A stretch of 64,000 nucleotides of DNA from Candidatus Latescibacterota bacterium (GTDB taxonomy: Bacteria; Latescibacterota; UBA2968; UBA8231): NCBI GenBank assembly GCA_965217585.1, contig OZ244561.1, forward strand, positions 3,648,001 to 3,712,000, read 5' to 3'. Each line of letters begins with the position of its first letter. The stretch's first letter is position 1. The notes beneath the pieces were generated by a model that was not told the origin of the DNA, did no database searches, and saw only the letters and a list, made by a program, of their open reading frames with translations. The position numbers and the translations under genes were made by a program. Shown here piece by piece: positions 51,143-61,829 of this stretch.

Positions 51143-52057
51143 ATGCAAGAGCGCATCCGCGAAATTCTAAGCTGGTATGGCAGCGACAACCCCGGTACCT
51201 TGACCAACTTGGCACGCCTGCTCAACCACGGCGCGCTCGGCGGCACGGGCAAGCTAGTCATCCTGCCCGTAGATCAGGGCGTCGAGCACGGCCCCGGGCG
51301 CAGCTTCGCCCCCAACCCCCCTGCGTACGATCCGCGCTATCACTTTGAGCTGGCCATCGCCGCTGGCCTCAGTGCATACGCCGCTCCGCTCGGGTTCCTC
51401 GAAGCGGGCGCGCGTGACTACGCGGGCGATCTGCCGCTGATCCTCAAGCTCAACAACCGCGAAAACCTCCACTCCGACGCAGACCCCACCCAGTCGCTCA
51501 CCGGCTCGATCGCTGCCGCTCTACGCTTAGGTTGTGTTGGCATCGGCTACACGGTTTATCCGGGTTCGGCCCTGCGGCAGGAGATGTACGAAAAGCTGCA
51601 AGCCTTGGCCGAAGAGGCCAAGCGATATGGTTTGGTCGTGGTGGTCTGGTCCTATCCGCGCGGCACGGACTTGAGCAAGGACGGGGAGACCGCCCTCGAC
51701 GTCACCGCGTATGCCGCCCAAATCGCCGCCCAGCTAGGGGCCCATATCATCAAAGTCAAACCGCCTACGGCTCACATTGAGCAGGACGAAGCCCGCAAGG
51801 CGTATGCGGATGTGCCGGCCAGCACCTTGGCCGAGTGCGTGAGCCACGTGGTGCAATCGGCGTTCAACGGGCGGCGCGTGGTGATCTTCTCTGGCGGCCC
51901 GGCCAAGGGCGAAGAGGAAATCATCGAGGAGATCACCGGTATCCGCGATGGTGGCGGCTTTGGCTCCATCATCGGCCGCAACGCCTTCCAACGAGAGCGC
52001 GAAGGAGCACTAGCCTTGCTCAGAAGCGCCATCGAGATCTACGCCAACAAGCAATAG
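51143..52057 (+). CDS. fbaB: Class I fructose-bisphosphate aldolase (FbaB/DhnA type)
   Basis: GTGKLVILPVDQGVEHGP, LILKLN, WSYPRG, LGAHIIKVK, GSIIGRNAFQR. Confidence 0.93.
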   Translation: MQERIREILSWYGSDNPGTLTNLARLLNHGALGGTGKLVILPVDQGVEHGPGRSFAPNPPAYDPRYHFELAIAAGLSAYAAPLGFLEAGARDYAGDLPLILKLNNRENLHSDADPTQSLTGSIAAALRLGCVGIGYTVYPGSALRQEMYEKLQALAEEAKRYGLVVVVWSYPRGTDLSKDGETALDVTAYAAQIAAQLGAHIIKVKPPTAHIEQDEARKAYADVPASTLAECVSHVVQSAFNGRRVVIFSGGPAKGEEEIIEEITGIRDGGGFGSIIGRNAFQREREGALALLRSAIEIYANKQ

Positions 52058-52084
52058 CGGCTTCTTAAATACGCAGAAATTCTC

Positions 52085-52897
52085 ATGCACATCACCGACG
52101 CCCAACTCGCTACGTACAAAGAACAGGGCTTCCTGATCGTCGAGAACTTCCTCACCAAAGACGAGCAGCGAGCCGCGCTCGACGGCTTCTTTACCCATTT
52201 CGCCCCGTCCTACGACCAATACCTAGCCAACGACCGCCGCAACGACACCCCCCGGCAAGTGCTCTTCCCTTGGGACCACTCCGGCCTTAATCACGTCACC
52301 GTCCATCCCGAACTGATTGACGCCGCCGAGCGCGTTTTAGGCACTCGCGAGATTCGCCTCTGCGAGGGCCACCTAGGAATGAAATACGCCAGCGAGCAAT
52401 ACGGGACCAATTTCCACATCGACTACGGCAACAACACACTGGGGCCGATCATCGAGCCAGACGACTTTATGAACTTGGTCTGTTTCTACTGCTTCGACGA
52501 CGTCGAGGAAGGCATGGCCCCGATCCGCATGGTGCCCAATGGCCGCCCCGACGCGGAAGCCGTGCCAATGATCGTCCCCGGCGGCTCAGTGTGCCTCTAC
52601 AGCGTCTTCACCCGCCACGCCGCCTCCGATTTTACCGCGCCAGCGGGGCACCGACCGGTTATGTGGGTGGGCTTCACCCGCAAGGATCGCCCCTGGGACG
52701 GCGGTCGCACTTTCACGTACAAAAGCGGTGCCCAAGGCGCAGCTATGCATCGCTTCATGGCGGAAGCCACTCCGCGCCAGCGCGAACTGCTGGGCTTCCC
52801 GCCGCCGGGCGACTCGCTGTGGACGGAAGAATTTATCGCGGGGATGGCGACGCGGTATCCGGGATTTGACGCGGAACCCTACTACGCGGCGAAATAA
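52085..52897 (+). CDS. Phytanoyl-CoA dioxygenase (PhyH) family 2OG-Fe(II) oxygenase
   Basis: TDAQLATYKEQGFLIVENFL, HID (HxD) and distal H (TRHAAS). Confidence 0.85.
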   Translation: MHITDAQLATYKEQGFLIVENFLTKDEQRAALDGFFTHFAPSYDQYLANDRRNDTPRQVLFPWDHSGLNHVTVHPELIDAAERVLGTREIRLCEGHLGMKYASEQYGTNFHIDYGNNTLGPIIEPDDFMNLVCFYCFDDVEEGMAPIRMVPNGRPDAEAVPMIVPGGSVCLYSVFTRHAASDFTAPAGHRPVMWVGFTRKDRPWDGGRTFTYKSGAQGAAMHRFMAEATPRQRELLGFPPPGDSLWTEEFIAGMATRYPGFDAEPYYAAK

Positions 52898-52910
52898 ATA
52901 GCCCCCAATA

Positions 52911-53924
52911 CTACACGCCTTGCAGTTCCATCTCGTCTTTGTGGTGGCAGGCGACCAGATGCGACTCGCCCTCCAACGCGGGCATCTGCTGGCTGCACAA
53001 GTCGCTTCGGTAGCGGCAGCGCGGCGCGAAAGCACATCCTTGATCGCTGGCCGGCGTCGGCTCGCCCGCCTCGCTAACGTCTTCGTCGGCCCCCATCCAC
53101 GAGGCGTGGGGGTCGGGCTCGGGCGCGGCCTCTAGCAACATGGCCGTATAGGGGTGCTGCGGTTGGATAAAGAGGGCTTCGGTTGCGGCCTGTTCCACGA
53201 TCCGGCCTTGGTACATGACCGCCACTTCGTCGCAGAGATAGCGCACCACGCTCAGGTCGTGGGCGATAAAGAGCAAGGTGAGGTCGAGGTCGGCCTGCAA
53301 TTGGCGGAGCAAGTTGAGAATTTGCGCTTGCACGCTGACATCGAGCGCGGAAACCGGCTCGTCGGCGACGATGAGCGACGGGCTCAAAGCCAAGGCGCGG
53401 GCAATGCCGATGCGCTGCCGCTGGCCGCCCGAGAAGGCGTGTGGATAGCGGCGCGCATATCTGGGGTCTAGCCCCACCCGCTCCATTAGCTCGCCCACGC
53501 GCTCGTGGCTGTCGCGCGCCGACCAGCCATAAGCCCGGAGCGGCTCGGCGATGAGGTCGCGCACCGGCATCCGCGGATTTAGGGACGAGTACGGGTCTTG
53601 GAAAATCATCTGCATCTGCCGGCGGGCTTGGACGACTTGGCGGCGGCCGAGCTGGGCCATATCTACGACCTGTCCGCTCTGCTGCCGAAAGAGGACCTCC
53701 CCGGCGGTCGGGTCTAGGGCGCGGAGAATCATCCGCCCGGTGGTGGTCTTGCCGCAACCACTCTCGCCAACCAGCCCCAAAATTTTGCCTTGGGCGAGCG
53801 CGAAGCTGACGCCATCCACGGCCTTTATCCAACCCGTCTGTCGTTGTAAAAGTCCCCGGTGCACGGGAAAGTACTTTTTTAACCCCCGCACTTGCAGGAG
53901 AGCATCTTCGGCCCCGTTGGTCAT
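52911..53924 (-). CDS. Oligopeptide/dipeptide ABC transporter ATP-binding protein (OppF/DppF-like)
   Basis: [47 protein letters not shown]. Confidence 0.95.
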   Translation of the reverse strand: MTNGAEDALLQVRGLKKYFPVHRGLLQRQTGWIKAVDGVSFALAQGKILGLVGESGCGKTTTGRMILRALDPTAGEVLFRQQSGQVVDMAQLGRRQVVQARRQMQMIFQDPYSSLNPRMPVRDLIAEPLRAYGWSARDSHERVGELMERVGLDPRYARRYPHAFSGGQRQRIGIARALALSPSLIVADEPVSALDVSVQAQILNLLRQLQADLDLTLLFIAHDLSVVRYLCDEVAVMYQGRIVEQAATEALFIQPQHPYTAMLLEAAPEPDPHASWMGADEDVSEAGEPTPASDQGCAFAPRCRYRSDLCSQQMPALEGESHLVACHHKDEMELQGV

Positions 53925-53928
53925 TGGG

Positions 53929-54933
53929 CTAGTCCCCTTCTTGGGTGTGAATGAAACAACGGACGCGGTGATGCGGCCCCACTTCCGCTGACGCGGGCAT
54001 TTGCTGCTCGCAGATGGGGCCGACCTTTTGCGCGCAGCGGGTGTGGAAGGGGCACCCCTTGGGCAGAGCGTACGCGCTGGGGACGCTGCCCTCAATCGGC
54101 TCGATATGCCGGCGTTTGCCCGTCAGGCTGGGAATGGATTGCAACAGGGCTGCCGTATAAGGGTGTGCCGGGCGGTCGAAAATTGCGGCTACCGGTCCCT
54201 CTTCGACGATCCGCCCCATGTACATTACATAGACGTATTCGACTGTGTGCGCGATCACGCCCAGGTCGTGGGTAATCAGCATGAGCGCCAGCCCTAGCTC
54301 ACGCTGGAGTCGCTGGATCAGCTTGAGCACCCGCGCTTGCACGGTCACGTCGAGCGCTGTGGTCGGCTCGTCGGCGATCAAGAGCCGCGGATTGCTCGCC
54401 AGCGCCATGGCAATCATCGCCCGCTGGCGCATGCCGCCCGAAAGCTGGAAGGGATAGTCGGCGGCGCGGTCCTGCGGATCGGAGATGCCGACTAAGTGCA
54501 ACAGTTCCGCGACCCGTTGCCGCGTTGCTTCTGAGGATAGCGAGTCGTGGAGTTGGATCATCTCGGCGATTTGGTTGCCAATGGTGTGCACCGGCGAGAA
54601 CGCGGTCATTGGCTCTTGGAAGATCATGGAAATGTCGCCGCCCCTGATCTGGTGCATTTCGTCGCTGTGCGCGTCGAGTGCGGCGAGGTCGATCTCGCGC
54701 TCGTCCAGCTTGCGGCGGTAGCGGATGTGGCCGCTGGTAATCTCGGCTGCTGGCGGCAAAATCTGCAGCAGAGCGTTGGAGGTCATGGTCTTGCCGCAAC
54801 CACTTTCGCCGACGATGCCCACGGCTTGGCCGGTGTTGATGCGGAAGCTGACGCCGTTGAGTGGCCGCACCACGCCCTCGTCGCGAGTGATGCGCACGCT
54901 TAGGTTGTGGACGTCGAGTAGGGGAGGGGTCAT
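53929..54933 (-). CDS. Oligopeptide/dipeptide ABC transporter ATP-binding protein (OppD/DppD-like)
   Basis: [43 protein letters not shown]. Confidence 0.95.
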   Translation of the reverse strand: MTPPLLDVHNLSVRITRDEGVVRPLNGVSFRINTGQAVGIVGESGCGKTMTSNALLQILPPAAEITSGHIRYRRKLDEREIDLAALDAHSDEMHQIRGGDISMIFQEPMTAFSPVHTIGNQIAEMIQLHDSLSSEATRQRVAELLHLVGISDPQDRAADYPFQLSGGMRQRAMIAMALASNPRLLIADEPTTALDVTVQARVLKLIQRLQRELGLALMLITHDLGVIAHTVEYVYVMYMGRIVEEGPVAAIFDRPAHPYTAALLQSIPSLTGKRRHIEPIEGSVPSAYALPKGCPFHTRCAQKVGPICEQQMPASAEVGPHHRVRCFIHTQEGD

Positions 54934-55246
54934 AACTTAGGCTCGCCTGTGGACAATTGTCTTGGCACTGTAGTGCCTATCTATAGTGGTGTTCGACGAA
55001 GTTCTTGAGGTCATACAACCAGCTTCAGAGATTGCCCATACTTCTCTTCCAATTGGCCCGTAAGTGCATCGCAATAGGGCTTGTGAATCTCAATGCCGAT
55101 GACGCGGCGGCCTTTGTCCAGCGCAGCAAACGCCGTTGTGCCCGAACCGACAAACGGGTCTAGTACTACGTCTCCCGCATCCGTGAAAAGGTCTATGAAC
55201 CACTCGGGCAACCAGTAGGGAAACGCAGCACTGTGTTGCCGATTGC

Positions 55247-56491
55247 CTGATTCCCTGACACTTTTGAAAAAAGGGCTGCTGCCCATAGATTACGGCCCTC
55301 TTTTAACCGACCCCGATCAAAGGAGTGCCTTATGAGCAGCAGCGAACAGGTATATACTCGATTGATGACCACCTTGCAAGCGATAGTGCCGGTATCGAAT
55401 CGAAAACAGTTGGCTAACTGGGCTTGGATCGCGGTGGCTATGTTCCAAGCTAAGTCGATTGCCTTGAGCCAGATCGCTGTTTTTCTGCCGGGCTCGGCCA
55501 AAGCCGAGTCGCGGGTGATGCGGTTGCGCCGTTGGCTGTCGAATCGGCAGTGTTCGGTGTGGGCACTGTATCGCCCGCTGCTTATGCATGTGTTGGCTCC
55601 GTTTAAGAACCGAGCGGTTGATGTGATCTTGGATGGGACGTTGGTGTTCGGCAATCGCATGCAGATTTTTCGCCTGTCGTTGGTACATAAGAATCGAGCC
55701 ATTCCTCTGGTATGGAAGGTCATCCCCGGTAAAGGCAACACGCGCGTGTCGCAACTAGAAGGGATGGTGACCCAAGCCGCTGAAGTGCTTGACGGGTTGG
55801 TTGCGTCGGTGACCTTGCTGGCCGATCGGGGCTTCCGCGATCATCAGTGGGCGGCGTTATGTGTGCAACTCAACTGGCATTACGTCCTTCGCCTACCGGC
55901 CAACACGTGGGTCAACAGGCCCGATGGGACCGCCGGGCGCATCGATCAGTTGGCTATACCCAAAGGCCAGCGCCGCTTTTATCCACAGATTACACTCACG
56001 AAAGAGGCCACGCTGACCTGTTCGCTATCGGTGGGCTGGACCCAACCGACGACCAAGCAACCCGCCGAGTGGATCGCCGTCATCTCCGATCAACCCGCCG
56101 GCCCCGCCCGCCGGCGTGCCTATAGCAAGCGGATGCACATTGAGCAGAGTTTCAAAGAAGATAAATCCGGCGGCTTCGATCTGGATCATACCCGCTTGCT
56201 CAATCCCCAACGCCTTGAACGCCTGCTGCTGGCGGTGGCGTTGGCCACCTTATGGGCGCACGAGATAGGCGAATAGGTCCTCCGGGGAGGCCCCGCCCGC
56301 CGACAGACTATCGATGCGGGCACCCGGCGCGAACTGAGTGTGTTTCAATTGGGCCTCCGATGGCTCAAACGGTGTATCGCCCTCCAACTCCAGCGCTTGC
56401 CAGCGTTCAAAGGACGGTTGGCACCCACGGGAATAAAAACTGTTGTTAAAAATAAGACGACCAGCAGAAAGTAAAAGTGTCAGGGAATCAG
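55247..56491 (+). mobile_element. IS4-family insertion sequence, 1245 bp
   Basis: 19-bp perfect TIR CTGATTCCCTGACACTTTT / AAAAGTGTCAGGGAATCAG; 9-bp TSD GCCGATTGC at 55238-55246 and 56492-56500. Confidence 0.95.
55332..56474 (+). pseudogene. IS4-family DDE transposase with a premature in-frame TAG at 56274-56276
   Basis: ILDGT, RAIPL, LADRGF, YSKRMHIEQSFKEDKSGGF (YREK). The frame continues past the TAG through RELSVFQLGLRWL to TAA at 56474. Confidence 0.88.
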
Positions 56492-57126
56492 GCCGATTGC
56501 TACATTCGGTGGCGCGGTGGAGCACGTTATGGGGATACACCTTATCGCGATCTAACCAATTCGCAACCTTTTTGCCGAAGCCGCTGCCTACCTTGGACTC
56601 GTCGCGGGCGCGGTCCGTCTCGCTCAGGGTGCGCATGCGGCTTTCGTACCAATCGCCGACGGGAACCATCACCGCATCTTGGTTCATTTTGAACTTGCGC
56701 TGTAGGTTGAATTGCAAAAGCCGCTCCCATGCATCGCGGAATCGGTTGGGCCATTTCCCCGGATAACAGTTTTTCTTGTGCCAGATAAACTCTTCCGTCC
56801 ACAGCCAGCCCCGCTGGCGCATGGCCAAGATGAGTTCTAGCACATAGGTATGCCGCTCACCCTTCACGACCCGTTCTTTGATGTTTAAGACAAACGTGCC
56901 CGTCGGCTTCAAGACCCGCTGCAACTCATCGGCGATGGGCAGAAACCACTCCACATAGCCGTCCGGCGTTACCCCTCCATACGTGTCAGACCGTTGATTG
57001 GTGTAAGGAGGTGAAGTAACGACCAAGTCCACCGAGTCCGATGCAATATGCTGGAGCTGTTCTGCGCAGTCGCTAAGGTACAACGTCCAATTTTGCATAG
57101 CCGTTTCTACCCCTTTTTAAGAGCAA

Positions 57127-58233
57127 CTACCGGCTAGCATACGGATCGGCCGCGTCGCGCATTCCATCGCCCACCAAGTTGAAGGCCAAGACCGCGATGA
57201 CCACGAAAAGTCCAGGCAGCAAAAGCCACGGCGCCATGGCTACGGCCTGAAAGTTCTGCGCCTTTTGCAGCAGCACCCCCCAGCTAACCACGGGTGCCCG
57301 CAGCCCAATCCCCAAAAAACTCAGCGCGGTCTCGCCGAGAATCATGCCCGGCACCGCTAGGGTAGCCGACGTGATCACGTGGCTGAGAAACGACGGCAGC
57401 AGGTGTTTGAAGATGATCTTCAACTCGTTGGTGCCCGACAGGCGGGCGGCGACCACGAAATCCTCTTCGCGCAGCGACAGAAAGCGGCCGCGCACCACCC
57501 GCGCCAACCCGGTCCAGCCCATCAGCGAGAGGATGATGGTGACGCCGAAGTAAATCCGCAGCGGTGCCCAGTGCGCCGGCAGCGCCGCACTCAACGCCAT
57601 CCACAGCGGTAGCTGCGGCACGGCCATCAGAACCTCGATCATTCGCTGCACCACCACATCGACCCAGCCGCTGTAATAACCCGCCACGCCCCCCAGCAGG
57701 ATGCCGATGAGGAAGGTCAGGGCCACGCCGATCAGCCCAATGGTGAGCGAAATGCGCGCTCCGTGTATAATTCGGCTGAACAGATCGCGGCCCAAGTCGT
57801 CGGTGCCAAAGAGGAACAACGGCCCGCTGCCCGCGCTGAACAAGTGCCAGTCTGCGTTGAAAAGCCCCCAAAACTCGTAGGTCGGACCGCGCACGAACAA
57901 GCGGATCGGATACACGGCCTTGGTATCGACGAGATATTCGCGCTGCCACGGGCCGGCGGCCGTGTCTTGCCGCACGCCGTGGACAAAGGGCCGCCAGTGA
58001 AAGCGCCCCTCGCCGTCGAACAAGCGGATCGACTGCGGCGGGCAGAGGACGTATTGCGCGTGGCGCTGGTCGGGCCGGTAAGGCGAGACAAATTCGCACA
58101 GGGCTGCGAGGCCGTAGAGCGCAATCAGGACCGCACTGCCGGCTAGGGCCAGCCGATGGCGGCGAAAGCGCATCCACATCAGCCGCCATTGCGAGGCGTC
58201 GGCTAGTTGGGTTGTGGGGCGGGCTTCACTCAT
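57127..58233 (-). CDS. Peptide ABC transporter permease (OppC/DppC-like)
   Basis: GTDDLGRDLFSRII.GARISL, REEDFVVAAR, ETALSFLG, FNLVGDGMRDA.DP. Confidence 0.95.
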   Translation of the reverse strand: MSEARPTTQLADASQWRLMWMRFRRHRLALAGSAVLIALYGLAALCEFVSPYRPDQRHAQYVLCPPQSIRLFDGEGRFHWRPFVHGVRQDTAAGPWQREYLVDTKAVYPIRLFVRGPTYEFWGLFNADWHLFSAGSGPLFLFGTDDLGRDLFSRIIHGARISLTIGLIGVALTFLIGILLGGVAGYYSGWVDVVVQRMIEVLMAVPQLPLWMALSAALPAHWAPLRIYFGVTIILSLMGWTGLARVVRGRFLSLREEDFVVAARLSGTNELKIIFKHLLPSFLSHVITSATLAVPGMILGETALSFLGIGLRAPVVSWGVLLQKAQNFQAVAMAPWLLLPGLFVVIAVLAFNLVGDGMRDAADPYASR

Positions 58234-59209
58234 AGCGGATGCGCGGGTCGGCAATGGCCAAGAGAATGTCCGACAGCAGGGTGCCGATCACCGTTAGGAC
58301 GCTGAGTACGAGGAGGAAACTGCCCGCCAAATACATGTCTTGGTTGCGGAGGGATTCGAGCAGCAAGGGGCCGGTCGTCGGCAGGCTCAACACCACGCTG
58401 GTGATGGCCGAGCCGGAGATCAGGTGCGGCAGCATCCAGCCGACCGTGCTGATAAAGGGATTGATGGCAATGCGCAACGGGTACTTAATGACCAAGCGGA
58501 CCGGGCCAAGACCCTTGGCCAGCGCCGTCGTTACGTAGGGCTTGCCCAGCTCGTCGAGGAGATTGGCCCGCATGATCCGCATCAGCCCGGCCATGCCAGC
58601 CGTGCCGATGACCACAGCCGGGATCCACAGATGCCCGAGCAGGTCGGCGAATTTGGCCAAGCTCCACGGCGCACTGGCGTATTCGGGAGAAAATAACCCG
58701 CCCACGGCGATCCCAAACCACTCGTATCCCAAGTACATCAAAACCAGTGCGAGCAGGAAGTTGGGCGTCGCTAGGCCGATGAAGGCCGCCAGGGTCGCCG
58801 CATAGTCGAGCGCTGAGTACTGGCGCAGAGCCGAATAGACGCCCACCGGGAAGGCGACCAGCCAAGTCAACAAGGTCGCGGTCGAGGTGATCAGCAAGGT
58901 GTAGCCGAGCCGTTCCCAGATCAGGTTGTTGACCGATTGGCCGTACATCACCGAATAGCCCATATCGCCTTGAAGGAAGCCGCCTATCCACTTGCAGTAT
59001 TGGATAAACATTGGGTCGTCGAGGTGGTAGCGGGCGCGCAGGGCGGCAATCTGTTCCTCGGATATGTCTTGGCCCTCGGCCTGTAGCTCTTGCAGGCGCG
59101 ACGTGATGATGTCCCCGGGCGGCAACTGGATGACGACGAAGACCAGCACCGAGACGGCTAGTAGCGTGGGAATCATAATCAGGACGCGGCGGATAATGTA
59201 GTTGATCAT
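58226..59209 (-). CDS. Peptide ABC transporter permease (OppB/DppB-like)
   Basis: YIIRR...LPPGD, GDMGYS, MRANLLDEL.KPYV.TALAKGL, ADPRIRY. Confidence 0.95.
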   Translation of the reverse strand: MINYIIRRVLIMIPTLLAVSVLVFVVIQLPPGDIITSRLQELQAEGQDISEEQIAALRARYHLDDPMFIQYCKWIGGFLQGDMGYSVMYGQSVNNLIWERLGYTLLITSTATLLTWLVAFPVGVYSALRQYSALDYAATLAAFIGLATPNFLLALVLMYLGYEWFGIAVGGLFSPEYASAPWSLAKFADLLGHLWIPAVVIGTAGMAGLMRIMRANLLDELGKPYVTTALAKGLGPVRLVIKYPLRIAINPFISTVGWMLPHLISGSAITSVVLSLPTTGPLLLESLRNQDMYLAGSFLLVLSVLTVIGTLLSDILLAIADPRIRYE

Positions 59210-59212
59210 GGC

Positions 59213-61174
59213 TCAGTCTTGTTGCAGATACCAAGTCTCTGGATAGTAGGGCCAAGACCAGCGCGAATCCCACCCCCAATAGCCCTGGCGCGGGACATTG
59301 CGCAGCCGGTTGCTAACGATGACGGGGTGTGGCCCTAGGCCGATAACGCCGAGCGCCCACAGGTTTTCGGCTTGGCTCTGGAGAATTTTCTTGCCCATGG
59401 CGATGCGCTCTTGGAGGTCTGATGTGCGGCGGAGCACCTCCCACCAGGCGATTAGATCCCGGACCTTGTCGGGCGGCATCCAGCCGCGCGCTCCGTCCGA
59501 CCGGTACCACCGCGACCACTCCGGCCACTGGGTTACCTCCTGCCCCACGTGCATGGGCACGTACCAAAAAGGCTCGATGGGAAAGAGGATGTCGGCGTTG
59601 CGATCGGCGTGCCAGATGCTCATGTCCATAACCCCGCCTCGGGTGCGGATACCTTGCAGTGCACCGCTTATTTGCTTGCGGTTGATGTGCAGCCCCACTT
59701 CGCGCCAGTGGGCGGTCACTAAGTCCACCGTGACTTGCTTAGGTGTCTCCCCGATTGTGTACTCCAGCGTGATTTCGAGCGGGCGGCCATCGGGGTGGTC
59801 GCGCCGGCCGTCGCCGTTGCGGTCTATCAGCCCCATCTCGTCGAGCAGGGCGCGGGCGCGTTGCGGATCGTGCTCGGCCCAAGCTGTGGCAAAGGCCGGC
59901 TCAAAGTAGCGGCTCGAAGATACGACCGTCAACTGGCGCGGGACCCCTTGTCCGTAATAGGCGATGTCGTTGATCTCCGCGCGGTTGATGGCTAGCGAAA
60001 GGGCGCGGCGAAAGCGCACGTCCTGAAAAATCCGCCTGAGCCGCTCGTCGGGGTGGGTCATATTGACCATGAAGGCCACATCCGAACCGTAGGGACGGGG
60101 CCAGAGGTACGTTGCATAGCCGTTGTCCTGCTCGAAGCGCTTAAAAAGCGGGATGTCGGCGGTCTTAAACTGCCGCCCGGCAAAATCGACCTGCCCGGTA
60201 GCGGCCTTGGCCGCCATGATTTCGGGGCTGTCAACCCGCTGGACTTCGAGGTAGTCTATATAGGGCAACTGATTGCCGGCTGGATCTACTTTGGGGTAAT
60301 AGGGGTTGCGGCGGTAGCGGACGCGCGTCGACGTCTTGCTGACTACTACATAAGCGGTCTGCACCGGTTTGTGGAAGACCATTAGGTCGCGCGTGTTGAC
60401 GACGGCTTGGAAGTAGGTGCGCCAGTCTTGCAGGCCGAGTTCTGCTGCTTCGCCCTCTAGCTGATCCGCGTCGGTAAAGTCGGGATGATAGCGGCGCATA
60501 AAGTGCGCTGGTGCCGACAGGTGCGAGCTGTTGTGGGCGAGATGCTTGACAAAAAGCGGCATCGGCTGGGGAAAGTGATAGCTAAAAAGGTGGGGGCCGT
60601 GCTTTTCGATGCGGGCCCCCTTAAAGCGGGGCGACACCACGGGCGTGAGGCTTTTGTTCATGTGGACGCGATCGAACCAAAAGACAAAGTCGTCGGCCGT
60701 CACCGGGTGGCCGTCGGACCACTTGTGACCGGGCCGGAGGGCGACCGTCAGGGTCTGCGCGTCGTTGTGGTACTCGACTCGCGCGGCAAAGTTGGGCAGG
60801 GTTAGCTGGAGTTGCGGACCCGGGCGCAGGGTTCCTTCGGGTACGTTGAGGAGCTGTTCGCCGGCGAAGAAGAGCCGAGCGGTTCCCCCATAGGTGCCGA
60901 TCCCGTCGATGGGTTCGACGACAATCGGATCGTCGGGGAGCCGCTCCGCCACCGGCGGCAACTCACCGGCGGCCACGAGTTCGTCGAGCATGGGCGACTG
61001 GCGGAAGGTCGTCAAGCCGACTTCCGCGGCGGTGCGCGGCGGTTGGAACCAGCTTTCGGGCCACGCTGTGCGAGGTATGTCGCCCCCGGCCGCTGGGTGC
61101 GCCGCTTGACTTTCCCGGCCGCATCCTGCTAGGGCCACGAGCACTAGCAGGAACCCGGCTTGCACTACATTCAT
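59213..61174 (-). CDS. ABC transporter family 5 substrate-binding lipoprotein
   Basis: LAGC lipobox, GELPPVAERLP, GTYGG, KWSDGHPVTADD, RNPYY..VDPAGNQLPYID, FRRALSLAINR. Confidence 0.93.
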   Translation of the reverse strand: MNVVQAGFLLVLVALAGCGRESQAAHPAAGGDIPRTAWPESWFQPPRTAAEVGLTTFRQSPMLDELVAAGELPPVAERLPDDPIVVEPIDGIGTYGGTARLFFAGEQLLNVPEGTLRPGPQLQLTLPNFAARVEYHNDAQTLTVALRPGHKWSDGHPVTADDFVFWFDRVHMNKSLTPVVSPRFKGARIEKHGPHLFSYHFPQPMPLFVKHLAHNSSHLSAPAHFMRRYHPDFTDADQLEGEAAELGLQDWRTYFQAVVNTRDLMVFHKPVQTAYVVVSKTSTRVRYRRNPYYPKVDPAGNQLPYIDYLEVQRVDSPEIMAAKAATGQVDFAGRQFKTADIPLFKRFEQDNGYATYLWPRPYGSDVAFMVNMTHPDERLRRIFQDVRFRRALSLAINRAEINDIAYYGQGVPRQLTVVSSSRYFEPAFATAWAEHDPQRARALLDEMGLIDRNGDGRRDHPDGRPLEITLEYTIGETPKQVTVDLVTAHWREVGLHINRKQISGALQGIRTRGGVMDMSIWHADRNADILFPIEPFWYVPMHVGQEVTQWPEWSRWYRSDGARGWMPPDKVRDLIAWWEVLRRTSDLQERIAMGKKILQSQAENLWALGVIGLGPHPVIVSNRLRNVPRQGYWGWDSRWSWPYYPETWYLQQD

Positions 61175-61316
61175 CAAAAATACACCACACAAAAGAGGCG
61201 CGCCGCCTGAGGGCGGCTAATAATTGAGGCCAGAAGTCTAAAGCTATCGCGCCCATTGCGCCAGAGGGCGCGGCGGCCTACTTTTTTTAGGCATCAACAC
61301 GAGAGGAGGAGGCGAT

Positions 61317-61655
61317 ATGAAACTGCTAATGTGCGTAGTGCGGCCCAATGCACTAGACGCGATCAAAGAGGCGTTGAGCGGGTTGGGCGTCCAAGGCATA
61401 ACGGTCAGCGAAGTCAAAGGTTTTGGCCGCCAGAAGGGCCATAAGGAGATATATCGCGGTGCCGAGTATGTCGTCGATTTTACTCCCAAGATCAAGGTCG
61501 AGGTGGTGGTGAGGGAGGACCTCGCCGAGCAGTGCTTGGGCGCTGTGCGCGAGGCCGCGCAGACCGGCCACATTGGCGATGGCAAAATTTTCGTGCTGTC
61601 GGTGGATGAGGTAGTGCGGATCCGCACTGGGGAGACCGGCGACGCGGCTGTTTAG
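61317..61655 (+). CDS. glnB: Nitrogen regulatory protein P-II (GlnB/GlnK family)
   Basis: GITVSEVKGFGRQKGHKEIYRGAEY, TGHIGDGKIFV, RIRTGE. No adjacent amtB. Confidence 0.93.
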   Translation: MKLLMCVVRPNALDAIKEALSGLGVQGITVSEVKGFGRQKGHKEIYRGAEYVVDFTPKIKVEVVVREDLAEQCLGAVREAAQTGHIGDGKIFVLSVDEVVRIRTGETGDAAV

Positions 61656-61714
61656 CCCCCTGCGACGCTGATTTATATCGCGGGCGGTAACTAGAAAACA
61701 ACGATTAACCCGAT

Positions 61715-61753
61715 GCGGGCGAGGGACATGGTTCCCTCGCCCGCTTTTTTTTT
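61715..61753 (+). terminator. Intrinsic terminator after glnB
   Basis: gcgggcgaggga-catggt-tccctcgcccgc followed by a long T-run. Confidence 0.9.
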
Positions 61754-61762
61754 AACAAGTGC

Positions 61763-61804
61763 TTGACAAGACTCTTTTTGTGCTGTATTAATGAATTAAC
61801 ACAG
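61763..61804 (+). promoter_or_regulatory. sigma-70 promoter with an overlapping GntR/YtrA-type operator
   Basis: TTGACA-N17-TATTAA; the palindrome CTGTATTAAT-GA-ATTAACACAG (61783-61804) overlaps the -10 box. Confidence 0.75.
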
Positions 61805-61829
61805 TAAATCACTATACGGAAAGACGCTC

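Larger units (their letters stand above)
55011..57098 (-). pseudogene. Site-specific DNA methyltransferase (N4/N6, beta class) interrupted by an IS4-family element
   Basis: 5' half has DLVVTSPPY, 3' half has HSAAFP...VVLDPFVGSGTT...IGIE. Removing the IS and one TSD copy restores an 834-bp ORF (...ATECSNRQHSAAFP...). Confidence 0.93.

Noticed and set aside
54962-54978. sigma-54 promoter TTGGCACTGTAGTGCC
   Set aside because: GG to GC spacing is 9 rather than the required 10, and it faces away from the operon; it is a short GGCAC/GTGCC palindrome.
56274-56276. Selenocysteine or pyrrolysine recoding of the transposase stop (selA is nearby)
   Set aside because: The codon is UAG, not UGA, and no pyl genes are in the window.
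56250-56491. C-terminus of the 282-aa methyltransferase ORF as called in the track
   Set aside because: Residues after ...ECSNR are read-through into IS DNA; the real C-terminus is the fragment ending at 55011.
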